Source: an uncultured Pseudomonadota bacterium (GTDB lineage Bacteria > Oederibacteriota > Muellerivitia > Muellerivitales > Muellerivitaceae). From it: 64,000 nt of DNA. Both the position numbers and the translations under genes were made by a program. Of the stretch, positions 28,355-37,134 are shown one piece after another. Positions within the stretch are counted from its first letter, which is position 1; each line of letters begins with the position of its first letter. The DNA is taken from NCBI GenBank assembly GCA_963770835.1, contig CAVYRH010000008.1:186692-250691 (forward strand), in the 5' to 3' direction. The notes under the pieces were generated by a model that worked only from the letters and a program-made list of their open reading frames with translations, was not told the DNA's origin and ran no database searches.

Positions 28355-31231
28355 ATGTCGTTTAAGAAATCCATCTTCCTGTTGGGGATCCTTCTTCCGA
28401 TGACCGCCCTTTCCGCCACCTCCCAAGAACGCCAAAGAATCAATTTCGACGCCGGCTGGAAGTTCCATTTGGGACCCATGCCGGGCTCAGATATAGACAA
28501 CGGCTACCTGATCCCCAAATGGCGTTACCTGGACATGGGCAAAGACAAACCCGCCGATGAAAGCCCCGCAGGGCCCAATGTGAACACGCAAAGCGCCGGA
28601 TGGAAGAACGCGGAAAACGGCCAGGACGTCTTCAATAACCAGCCCGGCTGGGCCTGGTTCCGGGCCGACCTGCCCGATGTCCCTGGCCCCCTGGCCAGAG
28701 GCCCTCAAGCCGAGGGCCAAGCTTCGATGAATTCTATCGCCCTTGACCGCGATAGCGGACAACGGGTGGGTGTGCCGGGACTAGGGGCACAGCCCCAAAA
28801 AGGTCCCGGCCCCCACCGGATGCTATGGTTCCAAGCCATCGACGACAACGGGACGATCTACCTGAATGGCCAAAAGCTGCTGTATCACCAGGGCTGGAAC
28901 GACAGCTTCGAGGTGAACCTGGACAAAGCCTGGAAGGAAGGCGGCCCCAACCAACTGGCCGTCCTAGTGGAAAATACCTATGGGGCTGGTTATATAAAGG
29001 AAACTTACTTGCGGACCATCGGCCAGGAAGAACCCGTTCCCCCCGTGGCCGCCGCCGGTTTTGACGATACAGAGTGGCGGTCCCTGCACCTGCCCCACGA
29101 CTTCGTAGTAGAAGGGACTTTCGATCCTAAGGGGGACGGATCCCACGGCTTCCTGCCCAAGAATGTCGGCTGGTACCGGAAGACCTTTGATGTTCCAGCC
29201 TCCGCAAAGGGTCAAAGCCTCTGGGTCGACTTCGACGGCATCTACCGCGACAGCCGGGTCTGGCTGAACGGTAAGCTCCTGGGCCATCACTTGAGCGGCT
29301 ACACCGGCTTCCGTTACGACATCACCGACACCGTTAATTACGGTGGTAAAAACGTCCTCACAGTTTACGCGGATGCCCGCGGCTCCGAGGGCTGGTGGTA
29401 TGAGGGCGGCGGCATTTACCGGCATGTCTGGCTCACCGTGGCCAATCCCTTGCACGTGGCGCCATGGGGAACATATGTGGTGGCGGCCCCCAAAGGCCGC
29501 CAAGCGGATTTGGCTTTGGAAACCACCGTGGACAACCAAACCGGGGCTGCCGTTTCCTTCAACCTGGTTTCGGAAATCACGGATGCCAAAGGTAAAAAAG
29601 TCCTAACCCTTTCCACAACCTGCAAACTCCCCAAAGGGTCCACAAAGGCCTTCACCCAAAAAGGCCGGATCACCAAGGCTATCTTATGGTCCCTGGAAAA
29701 CCCTCATTTATATACCTGGACCGTCCGTATTGAAAAAGGCCGGCAGGCTTTGGACCAGGTCGATACCAACTTCGGTGTCCGTTCTTTCCGTTTTGACGCC
29801 GATAAGGGTTTCTTCCTCAACGGCAAACCGGTCAAGATCAAGGGCACTTGCAACCACCAGGACTTCGCGGGGGTTGGCACCGCCATTCCCGACCGCCTCT
29901 TCACCTATCGCCTGGAAAAATTGAAGGAGATGGGTTCCAACGCCTACCGCTGTTCCCACAACCCTCCCGCCCCCGAACTACTGAACGAATGCGACCGATT
30001 GGGCATCATGGTCATGGACGAAAACCGCAGGCTTGGCGATACGCCCGAAGTTCTTTCCCAGGTTGAAAGCATGGTGCTCCGTGACCGCAACCACCCCAGC
30101 GTCCTCTGGTGGTCTCTCTGCAACGAGGAACCCCTTCAAGGAACCCCTGAGGGCAAAAAGCGGGGTCTGGCCATGGAAAAAGTGATCTTGGGCCTCGACA
30201 AGACCCGCATCATCACCTGCGCCATGAACTATGGTTGGGGGCCTGGCGGCCTCTCCGACATCGTGGAGGCACAGGGATTCAATTATGCCGTCGACCAGTA
30301 CGAACTTTATCGCGGAAAGCATCCCAAGATGCCTTTATATGGAAGCGAAACCGCTAGCACCGTTTCCACGCGCGGCGTTTACGAAACCGACCGCCAGCTG
30401 GGCTACGTTAGCGCCTATGACGTGAACCATACCGAATGGGCCTATACCGCCGAGGCGGCCTGGAGGCCTATCGCCGAGCGTCCCTGGATGGCCGGGGGCT
30501 TTGTCTGGACCGGCTTCGACTATCGGGGCGAACCTACCCCCTACAACTGGCCCTGCGTCAACTCCCACTTCGGCATCTTGGACATGTGCGGGTTCCCGAA
30601 GGATAACTTCTATTATTACCAGGCTTGGTGGGGCGATAAACCCATCCTGCACCTCTTCCCCCATTGGAATTGGAAGGGCAAGGAAGGTAAACAGGTCGAT
30701 GTTTGGTGCCACACCAATTACGATCTGGTCGAGTTGTTCCTGAACGGCAAATCCTTGGGTAAACAGGAGACCCCCCGCAACGGCCATTTGGAATGGAAGG
30801 TTTGGTATGAACCGGGTATCTTGACGGCCAAAGCCTATAACAAGGGTGTTTATGTCACCGAAGCCTCCGTGGAAACCACGGGCGAGCCCGCTTCAATCCG
30901 TTTGAAGCCTTATGTGACGGAGTTGAAAGCCGACGGCGAGGACACAACCCCTGTCGCGGTAGAAATATTGGATGAAAAGGGCCGGGTGGTGCCGATGGCG
31001 GATAACGAAGTGGCCTTCAGCGTGACAGGCGCCGGGCACATCGCGGGCGTGGCCAACGGCGACCCTTCCAGCCACGAACCGGACAAGGCGGAAAAGCGCA
31101 AGGCCTTCAATGGATTGTGCATGGTACTGGTTCAAACCGAGGACGGCAAAGCGGGGGAAATCAATTTGACTGCACAGTCGCCGGGATTAAAAAGTTCCAC
31201 TTTAAAGCTATCTTCGATAGCTCTTAAATAG
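28355..31231 (+). CDS. GH2 beta-galactosidase
   Basis: LPHDF, GWYRKTF, DFDG, GFFLNG, NHQD, YRCSHNP, DRNHPSV, WSLCNEE, GGFVWTGFDYRGEP; AGGAGG RBS. Confidence 0.93.
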   Translation: MSFKKSIFLLGILLPMTALSATSQERQRINFDAGWKFHLGPMPGSDIDNGYLIPKWRYLDMGKDKPADESPAGPNVNTQSAGWKNAENGQDVFNNQPGWAWFRADLPDVPGPLARGPQAEGQASMNSIALDRDSGQRVGVPGLGAQPQKGPGPHRMLWFQAIDDNGTIYLNGQKLLYHQGWNDSFEVNLDKAWKEGGPNQLAVLVENTYGAGYIKETYLRTIGQEEPVPPVAAAGFDDTEWRSLHLPHDFVVEGTFDPKGDGSHGFLPKNVGWYRKTFDVPASAKGQSLWVDFDGIYRDSRVWLNGKLLGHHLSGYTGFRYDITDTVNYGGKNVLTVYADARGSEGWWYEGGGIYRHVWLTVANPLHVAPWGTYVVAAPKGRQADLALETTVDNQTGAAVSFNLVSEITDAKGKKVLTLSTTCKLPKGSTKAFTQKGRITKAILWSLENPHLYTWTVRIEKGRQALDQVDTNFGVRSFRFDADKGFFLNGKPVKIKGTCNHQDFAGVGTAIPDRLFTYRLEKLKEMGSNAYRCSHNPPAPELLNECDRLGIMVMDENRRLGDTPEVLSQVESMVLRDRNHPSVLWWSLCNEEPLQGTPEGKKRGLAMEKVILGLDKTRIITCAMNYGWGPGGLSDIVEAQGFNYAVDQYELYRGKHPKMPLYGSETASTVSTRGVYETDRQLGYVSAYDVNHTEWAYTAEAAWRPIAERPWMAGGFVWTGFDYRGEPTPYNWPCVNSHFGILDMCGFPKDNFYYYQAWWGDKPILHLFPHWNWKGKEGKQVDVWCHTNYDLVELFLNGKSLGKQETPRNGHLEWKVWYEPGILTAKAYNKGVYVTEASVETTGEPASIRLKPYVTELKADGEDTTPVAVEILDEKGRVVPMADNEVAFSVTGAGHIAGVANGDPSSHEPDKAEKRKAFNGLCMVLVQTEDGKAGEINLTAQSPGLKSSTLKLSSIALK
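28682..28814. repeat. In-frame palindromic insertion (123 bp) within the GH2 gene
   Basis: Three hairpins (28700-28718, 28734-28755, 28774-28810) flanked by direct repeat GGCCCCC at 28685-28691 and 28808-28814. Confidence 0.6.
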
Positions 31232-31653
31232 CTGTCATTGCGAGGAGCGCTTTTCATTGGTTTTAGCGACGAAGCAACCTCAGTTCATGGGTAAAAATAA
31301 TGCCGTTTTATGTTTATATAACCGCCAACCGAAACAATACGGTACTTTATACCGGAGTTACCAACAATTTTAAAAAACGGATTGCCGAACACAAACTGAA
31401 ATTACATCCAGGCTTCACCAAGAAATATAACGTTAATAAGTTGGTCTATTACGAAGTGTTCGAGCATTTAAAAGATGCGATAAGCCGTGAAAAACAAATA
31501 AAAGGCGGTTCAAGGCAGAAAAAAGTCGATTTGATTAGAAACATCAATCGGAAATACGAGGATTTGACATCAAAACTTTGAAAGGCGAAGCAGCAGCTTA
31601 AACAACCCATGAACTGAGGTTGCTTCGTCGCGAAGTTCGCTCCTCGCAATGAC
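31229..31653 (+). mobile_element. Palindromic element A carrying a GIY-YIG nuclease gene (putative autonomous copy)
   Basis: Perfect 16-bp IR (31234-31249 / 31638-31653) and perfect 27-bp IR (31266-31292 / 31605-31631) enclosing the gene. Confidence 0.75.
31300..31581 (+). CDS. Small GIY-YIG nuclease family protein
   Basis: 93 aa: FYVYI...LYTG.T...R..EH...FTKKY...LVYYE...AISREKQIK; visibly AT-rich relative to flanks. Confidence 0.92.
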   Translation: MPFYVYITANRNNTVLYTGVTNNFKKRIAEHKLKLHPGFTKKYNVNKLVYYEVFEHLKDAISREKQIKGGSRQKKVDLIRNINRKYEDLTSKL

Positions 31654-31701
31654 CGCAAATTAAATTTTTCTATCGGCTATCGCCGATAGAAAGGAGCCAT
31701 T

Positions 31702-34017
31702 ATGAAAGAGTATCCCTACCCCTTGTTGAACCACCCCGTCGACATCAGCCGGTCCTTTTCCAACCTCGAAAACACCATGTTCCTTCCCGAAAAGCTCGGC
31801 ACCTACAACGCCGCCAAGGCCCAAGGCGACATCCTTTGGGGCCGTTACGCCTATAAGGTCCGCATGGCCTTCAACCAGGAAAGCATTAACCTCATCCCCA
31901 CGCAACCCTGGGAATTCCCCTCCGAGTACGGCGGCGAGAAGGAACCCTATCCCTTCTCCATCACTTTTTACGGGGACCGCACCCTGCGCCTGAGGTTCCG
32001 CGGCCGCACCACGCCCCGCGTTGCAAAGGAGCCGTCCCTGATGTTCGCCAAGGAACCCAAGCCCACCTCTCCTTGGAAGATCTCCAAGAAAAAGGGCCGC
32101 ATCACCTACCAGGGCAAGGCCGGCTCCGTGACCGTGGTCGAGAACCCCTGGGCACTCGAAATCCGCGATGCCTCGGGCAAACTCTTGACCAAGACGATCC
32201 ACCTCAAGGACAACCGCAGCCTGCGCAATACCGATCCCCTGCCCTTCTCTTTCCAGCGTCCGACGCCCGAATACGGCCGCCAGTTCGCCGCCACCTTTTC
32301 CCTGGCCAACGACGAGAAAATCTTCGGCTGCGGCGAATCCTTCACGCGACTCAACAAGCGCGGCCAGAAGGTGGTGCTTTCGGCCTACGACTGCCACGGC
32401 GTACAGCACGACGGCATGTACAAGCCCGTCCCCTTCTTCATGAGCAGCCGGGGCTACGGCATGTTCCTGCACACCAGCGCGCTCGCCACCTTCGACTTCG
32501 GCCATTCCTACAGCGAAACGACCACCCTTTTCTGCGGCGATGAGGAACTGGACCTCTTCGTCTTCCTGGGCAATCCCAAGGAAGTGCTTTCCGGGTACAC
32601 TTCCCTGACCGGCCGTAGCCCCGTGCCGCCCCTTTGGTCCTTCGGCCTTTGGATGAGCAAATGCACCTACAAATCTGAGAAGGAAGCCCGGGATGTGGCC
32701 AGGAAACTGCGCGAGCATGAAATCCCCTCCGACGTTATCCACCTGGACACGGGTTGGTTCGAGGAGGACTGGCGCTGCGACTACCGCTTCTCCAAAACCC
32801 GCTTCAAGAACCCGCTCAAGATGATCAAGGACCTGGCCAAGCAGGGTTTCCATATCAGCTTGTGGCAGCTCACCTATTTCAACCCCAAGAACCGCCTCTT
32901 TAAGGAGATCATCGAGAACAAATTGGCGGTCACTGACGGCAAGGGAACCCTGCCCACCGAGGACGCCACGCTGGATTTCAGCAACCCCAAGACCGTCAAG
33001 TGGTACCAGAAGAACCTAGCGGGCCTTTTGAAGATGGGCGTTGGCGCCATCAAGGCGGATTTCGGCGAGGGCGCGCCCCTGAAAGGCGTCTACCATTCGG
33101 GCATGACAGGCTTTGAGGAACACAACTACTACCCCCTACGCTACAACAAGGCCGCAGGGGACATCACCAGGCAGGTCACGGGCGAGAACATCATCTGGGC
33201 CCGTAGCGCCTGGGCGGGAAGCCAGCGCTATCCCCTGCACTGGGGCGGCGACGCCGAATGCTCCTACGGGGGCATGCTGGGCTCCCTCCGCGGCGGGCTG
33301 TCTTTCGGGCTGTCGGGCTTTTCCTTCTGGAGCCACGATATCGGCGGCTTCGTGAACGCGCCCACCGAGGAACTTTATAAGCGCTGGGCCGCCTTCGGCC
33401 TTTTAACCTCCCACAGCCGCTGTCACGGTATGTGGCCCCGCGAACCCTGGGTTTTCGGAAAGGCCTTCGAGGACAACTTCCGCCGGACCGTGGAAATGAA
33501 ATACAAGCTCATGCCCTATGTCTACGCGCAGGCGGTGGATAGTTCCAAAAAGGGCTTTCCCATGTTGCGGACGCTCTTTTTCGAGTACCCCAACGACCCC
33601 ACTTCCTGGCTGATCGAGGACGAATACCTTTTTGGGTCAGACCTCCTGGTCGCGCCTTTATTGGAAGAGGTAAATGAACGGGATGTTTACCTGCCGCCCG
33701 GTATCTGGATCAACTACCAGACCAAACAAACCTACCGGGGCGGGCAATGGCACAAGATCAAGGCGGGGCCGATTCCCTGCGTCATCCTGGCCCGGGGTGG
33801 GTCGGTGATACCCCACCTGGAATTGGCCCAATCCACGAAGGATATGGATTGGTCGAAGATCGAGTTGCGGGCTTACGGAACCAACACTGAAGCCACGGGA
33901 CTATTCTGCATGCCGACCGACAAGGTTCTTCAACCTTTGCATTTGGAGCGGGAAGGAAGCTTCTGGAAGCTGTGGAAGGGCCTGCCGCCAAAGGTGAACT
34001 ACACCATCACTACCTAA
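31702..34017 (+). CDS. GH31 alpha-xylosidase (YicI-like), probably cytoplasmic
   Basis: PPLWSFGLW, IHLDTGW, KADFGE nucleophile, HWGGD, WSHDIGGF, HSRCHG; no signal peptide. Confidence 0.9.
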   Translation: MKEYPYPLLNHPVDISRSFSNLENTMFLPEKLGTYNAAKAQGDILWGRYAYKVRMAFNQESINLIPTQPWEFPSEYGGEKEPYPFSITFYGDRTLRLRFRGRTTPRVAKEPSLMFAKEPKPTSPWKISKKKGRITYQGKAGSVTVVENPWALEIRDASGKLLTKTIHLKDNRSLRNTDPLPFSFQRPTPEYGRQFAATFSLANDEKIFGCGESFTRLNKRGQKVVLSAYDCHGVQHDGMYKPVPFFMSSRGYGMFLHTSALATFDFGHSYSETTTLFCGDEELDLFVFLGNPKEVLSGYTSLTGRSPVPPLWSFGLWMSKCTYKSEKEARDVARKLREHEIPSDVIHLDTGWFEEDWRCDYRFSKTRFKNPLKMIKDLAKQGFHISLWQLTYFNPKNRLFKEIIENKLAVTDGKGTLPTEDATLDFSNPKTVKWYQKNLAGLLKMGVGAIKADFGEGAPLKGVYHSGMTGFEEHNYYPLRYNKAAGDITRQVTGENIIWARSAWAGSQRYPLHWGGDAECSYGGMLGSLRGGLSFGLSGFSFWSHDIGGFVNAPTEELYKRWAAFGLLTSHSRCHGMWPREPWVFGKAFEDNFRRTVEMKYKLMPYVYAQAVDSSKKGFPMLRTLFFEYPNDPTSWLIEDEYLFGSDLLVAPLLEEVNERDVYLPPGIWINYQTKQTYRGGQWHKIKAGPIPCVILARGGSVIPHLELAQSTKDMDWSKIELRAYGTNTEATGLFCMPTDKVLQPLHLEREGSFWKLWKGLPPKVNYTITT

Positions 34018-34030
34018 CAAAAAAATGAGT

Positions 34031-34247
34031 TAGCTGTCATTGCGAGGAATGAGCCCCGAATAGGGGCTCGATCATGACGAAGCAACCTCAGTTCCAAAAT
34101 ATGCCGTTGTGTGTAACCGACAACCAATGCTTAAACCACCCATGAGCTGAGAAGTGCGGTTGTAGTTGGCCCTTTGGGCCAACCACGGTAGGCCGAAATT
34201 CGGCCTACCGCTTCAAGGCTGCCTCAAAATTCGAAGCTCGCAATAAT
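34031..34247 (+). repeat. Non-autonomous palindromic element B of the GIY-YIG-associated family
   Basis: TAGCTGTCATTGCGAGG...GACGAAGCAACCTCAGTT left arm, remnant of the GIY-YIG start, right arm with nested GTAG hairpins. Confidence 0.85.
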
Positions 34248-34286
34248 ACCCCAAAACAACTATGCATACGAAGGAGGAGGGTTCGA

Positions 34287-36218
34287 ATGCGTTCATCCTG
34301 TTTAAGCATTCTCGGATGGATAGTAGTCACCTTGACCGCCTCCGCGGCTTCCGCCCAATTACAGCTACCCTCCTTGATCGGCGATCACATGGTTTTCCAA
34401 AGCGGAAAACCCGCGGTTGCCTGGGGGAAGGACAAGCCGGGCGAAAAAATCGAACTTTCCATGGGAGGCAAATCAACCACCGTGAAAGCCGACGCCCGGG
34501 GGCGTTGGAAAACCTCCCTTCCGCCGTTTTCCCCCGGCGGCCCCTACGAACTTACCATCACCGGCTCCACTTCCGTCACGGTCCACGACGTGTTGGTGGG
34601 CGAGGTCTGGCTGGCGTCCGGCCAATCCAACATGGCATTCCGCATGGACCAACTCCGCGGCCCGGAGGTGGCCATCGCCGAGGCGCACGACCTCCAAATC
34701 CGGCTTTTCCTTCAAGCGCCTTTCATCGCCCCCAATCCCCTGGACCGGCCGAGGGGCCAATGGGAAGTCTGCTCGCCTGAATCGGCCAGGAGTTTTTCGG
34801 CGGTGGCCTATTACTTCGGCCGGAACCTCCGCCAAAAATTGAGGGAACCCGTGGGGCTCATTGCCGCCAGCTACGGGGGCTCCTATGCCGAAAGTTGGAC
34901 GCCCGAAAAGGTCCTGAAATCCAGTCCGGCCTTCAAGCCCATTTGGGAGCGCTGGAACAAGGTCCCCGCAGCCGAAAGAACAGGCTGGTTCACGGGCCAT
35001 TTTCCCGTGGACTTGGCGGTCCGCAACCTCCATTTCATTCCCCGCGATCCTTCCCAAATACCCCTGGCCGTCCGGGCCGCCGGAGTCTCCTCCCCCGCCA
35101 CGGACATCAACGAACCCGGGATCTGGGGTTGGAGCGTTCAGCAAGGTTCCGGCCTTTATGTCACCGTTTCCGACAACACCCCCCGGATGCGGGGGAATTT
35201 CCTGAGGGACGCCTGGGGATTCATGACCACCCACTTGGGCCTTAAAGGAAAAACCCTAGACCTGTCGCCTTATGAGGCCGTGGAATTCGACGCTAAGGGC
35301 GACGGTAATTACATCCTTTTCCTCTCCCAGCCCACCATCACCGATTGGGACAATTACCGCACTCCCGATCCCTTCCTGGTTTCAACTAAATGGAAGCATT
35401 ACCGCATCGCCTTCCCATCGTTGAAACAGTCCGGCTGGGGCAAATCCCACTCCTTCACACCGGAGGCCGTTTCGAACATTTCCTTTGGGGTTGATCCTAA
35501 ATCTTTGATCGCGATTCCCTCCGTGTTCTATAACGGAATGATCAGTCCCTTCACAGCCTTCCCCATCAAAGGGGTGATTTGGTACCAGGGCGAGTCCAAT
35601 ACCATTCACGCGGATGAATACGCAAAGCTGTTGGAAAGTATGATCGAAGGCTGGCGGAAAGCCTGGGGGGACCCCCAATTGTCTTTTGTGCTGGCCCAGT
35701 TGCCGAACTTCATCCCGGGGCCCGGCGCGGGCCAGTGGGGCGAATTAAGGGACGAACAGCGCCGGGTGGCTGAATTTCCCAACAACGCCATGGCCGTCCT
35801 AATCGACTTGGGCGAACCCCATGATATCCATCCGAAGGACAAGGCAGACGTGGGAGCCCGCCTAGCCCAAGCCGCCCTGGCTTCCGCCTACGGCCAAAAA
35901 GACGCCCCATTAAGCCCGATTTTCGAAAGCGTGGATGCTGAAGGAAATAAAGTCCGGATTCATTTTAAAAACGCGGAAGGGGGTTTGGAGGCCAAAGGAG
36001 GGGATTTAAAGGGCTTTGAACTGGCCGGCGCCGATGGGAAATTCGTCCCTGCCCAAGGGCGGATTGAAAAGGAAATGGTGGTAGTTTGGAGCGACCAAGT
36101 AGCCGAACCCAAGGCGGTCCGCTATGCCTGGGCGGACGATCCGGTCTTCAACCTCTACGGCAAAAACGGGCTACCTGCGTCTCCCTTCCAATCGACGGAT
36201 CTTTCGCCGAAAAGATGA
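34287..36218 (+). CDS. Sialate O-acetylesterase-family (SASA) carbohydrate esterase with an inserted CBM/CIA30-like domain
   Basis: GEVWLASGQSNM, FSAVAYYF, IWYQGESN, DIHP, VRYAW, LPASPF motifs. Confidence 0.88.
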   Translation: MRSSCLSILGWIVVTLTASAASAQLQLPSLIGDHMVFQSGKPAVAWGKDKPGEKIELSMGGKSTTVKADARGRWKTSLPPFSPGGPYELTITGSTSVTVHDVLVGEVWLASGQSNMAFRMDQLRGPEVAIAEAHDLQIRLFLQAPFIAPNPLDRPRGQWEVCSPESARSFSAVAYYFGRNLRQKLREPVGLIAASYGGSYAESWTPEKVLKSSPAFKPIWERWNKVPAAERTGWFTGHFPVDLAVRNLHFIPRDPSQIPLAVRAAGVSSPATDINEPGIWGWSVQQGSGLYVTVSDNTPRMRGNFLRDAWGFMTTHLGLKGKTLDLSPYEAVEFDAKGDGNYILFLSQPTITDWDNYRTPDPFLVSTKWKHYRIAFPSLKQSGWGKSHSFTPEAVSNISFGVDPKSLIAIPSVFYNGMISPFTAFPIKGVIWYQGESNTIHADEYAKLLESMIEGWRKAWGDPQLSFVLAQLPNFIPGPGAGQWGELRDEQRRVAEFPNNAMAVLIDLGEPHDIHPKDKADVGARLAQAALASAYGQKDAPLSPIFESVDAEGNKVRIHFKNAEGGLEAKGGDLKGFELAGADGKFVPAQGRIEKEMVVVWSDQVAEPKAVRYAWADDPVFNLYGKNGLPASPFQSTDLSPKR

Positions 36219-36288
36219 AAAGAAGGTTGGGGGCGACCCGTCCCCGGGTTGGACTCGAACCAAGCAATCGCGTTTCCGTTACCCGCAA

Positions 36289-36873
36289 TCACTTCATTTC
36301 CACCCAACCAATATAATCCAACTCTCGATATCGTCCATCCAAGTCCATCCCATACCCAAAAAGCCAATAATCCTCGAGGCCCTTTAGGGCCAAAACACTG
36401 CGGTCCAAGTTCAGGTCGAATCCCAGGAAATCCACAGGGCCGCTCTGGGCCCCGAATTTACGGGTCAAGACGGCTGTTTTTACTTCTCCAGCTCCCAAGG
36501 CCGTCACTTCGGCTTTTAACAGTTTGAGGGTGGCGCCGGAATCCACCAGGTCGTCCACTAATAGCACCGGCGATTGGTTTAGGACGTTCGGATCAAGGAT
36601 GCCGCCCTGTAGTTCCCTGGTTTCGAGGAGACTTTTGCCGTCCGTGCCCTTGATACGGATTTCATGAACCTTGATTTCAAGTTCCGGAATGATCATTTTC
36701 AAATTGGTCATTAGGTCCCGGGCGAAAGGCTTTGCGCCCTCCATCACGGAGATCAAATTGAGGGACTTTTGTGATTTGGATTGAAGCCAACCGGCGACTT
36801 CTTGCGCGACCTTTGCCACTGCGGTTTGGATTTGGGATTTGTTGAAAATGATGGTTTGAAGGGAGTCGGGCAT
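36289..36873 (-). CDS. Phosphoribosyltransferase (hypoxanthine PRT-like)
   Basis: PRPP-binding VLLVDDLVDSGATL and GYGMD...YREL. Confidence 0.85.
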   Translation of the reverse strand: MPDSLQTIIFNKSQIQTAVAKVAQEVAGWLQSKSQKSLNLISVMEGAKPFARDLMTNLKMIIPELEIKVHEIRIKGTDGKSLLETRELQGGILDPNVLNQSPVLLVDDLVDSGATLKLLKAEVTALGAGEVKTAVLTRKFGAQSGPVDFLGFDLNLDRSVLALKGLEDYWLFGYGMDLDGRYRELDYIGWVEMK

Positions 36874-36905
36874 GGGGGGATTGTAACATCTGATAAAAAA
36901 TAATT

Positions 36906-37122
36906 GCTGTCATTGCGAGCCTCGAATTTCGAGGCGGCCTTGAAGCGGTAGGCCGAATTTCGGCCTACCGTGGTTGACCCAAAGGGCCAACTACAACCAA
37001 GCTTTCAGTTCATAGGTGGTTTACGCTTTGAATTGGTCGTCAGCCAACGACATATTTTGGAACTGAGGTTGCTTCGTCATAATCGAGCCCTATCCGGGGC
37101 TCATTTCTCGCAATGACAGCTA
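36906..37122 (-). repeat. Non-autonomous palindromic element C (inverted near-copy of B)
   Basis: Reverse complement aligns end to end with 34031-34247, including the nested GTAG hairpins. Confidence 0.88.
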
Positions 37123-37134
37123 TTTAAATATTTT

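Noticed and set aside
31660..32853. Long antisense ORFs (also 16641-17729, 26951-28084, 43216-44436 and others)
   Set aside because: They overlap well-supported genes on the opposite strand, as expected in GC-rich DNA
36240..36268. tRNA-like T-arm (minus strand TTGGTTCGAGTCCAACCCGGGGA)
   Set aside because: No D-arm, anticodon arm or CCA could be folded and no integrase is nearby; at most a remnant or chance hairpin between convergent genes
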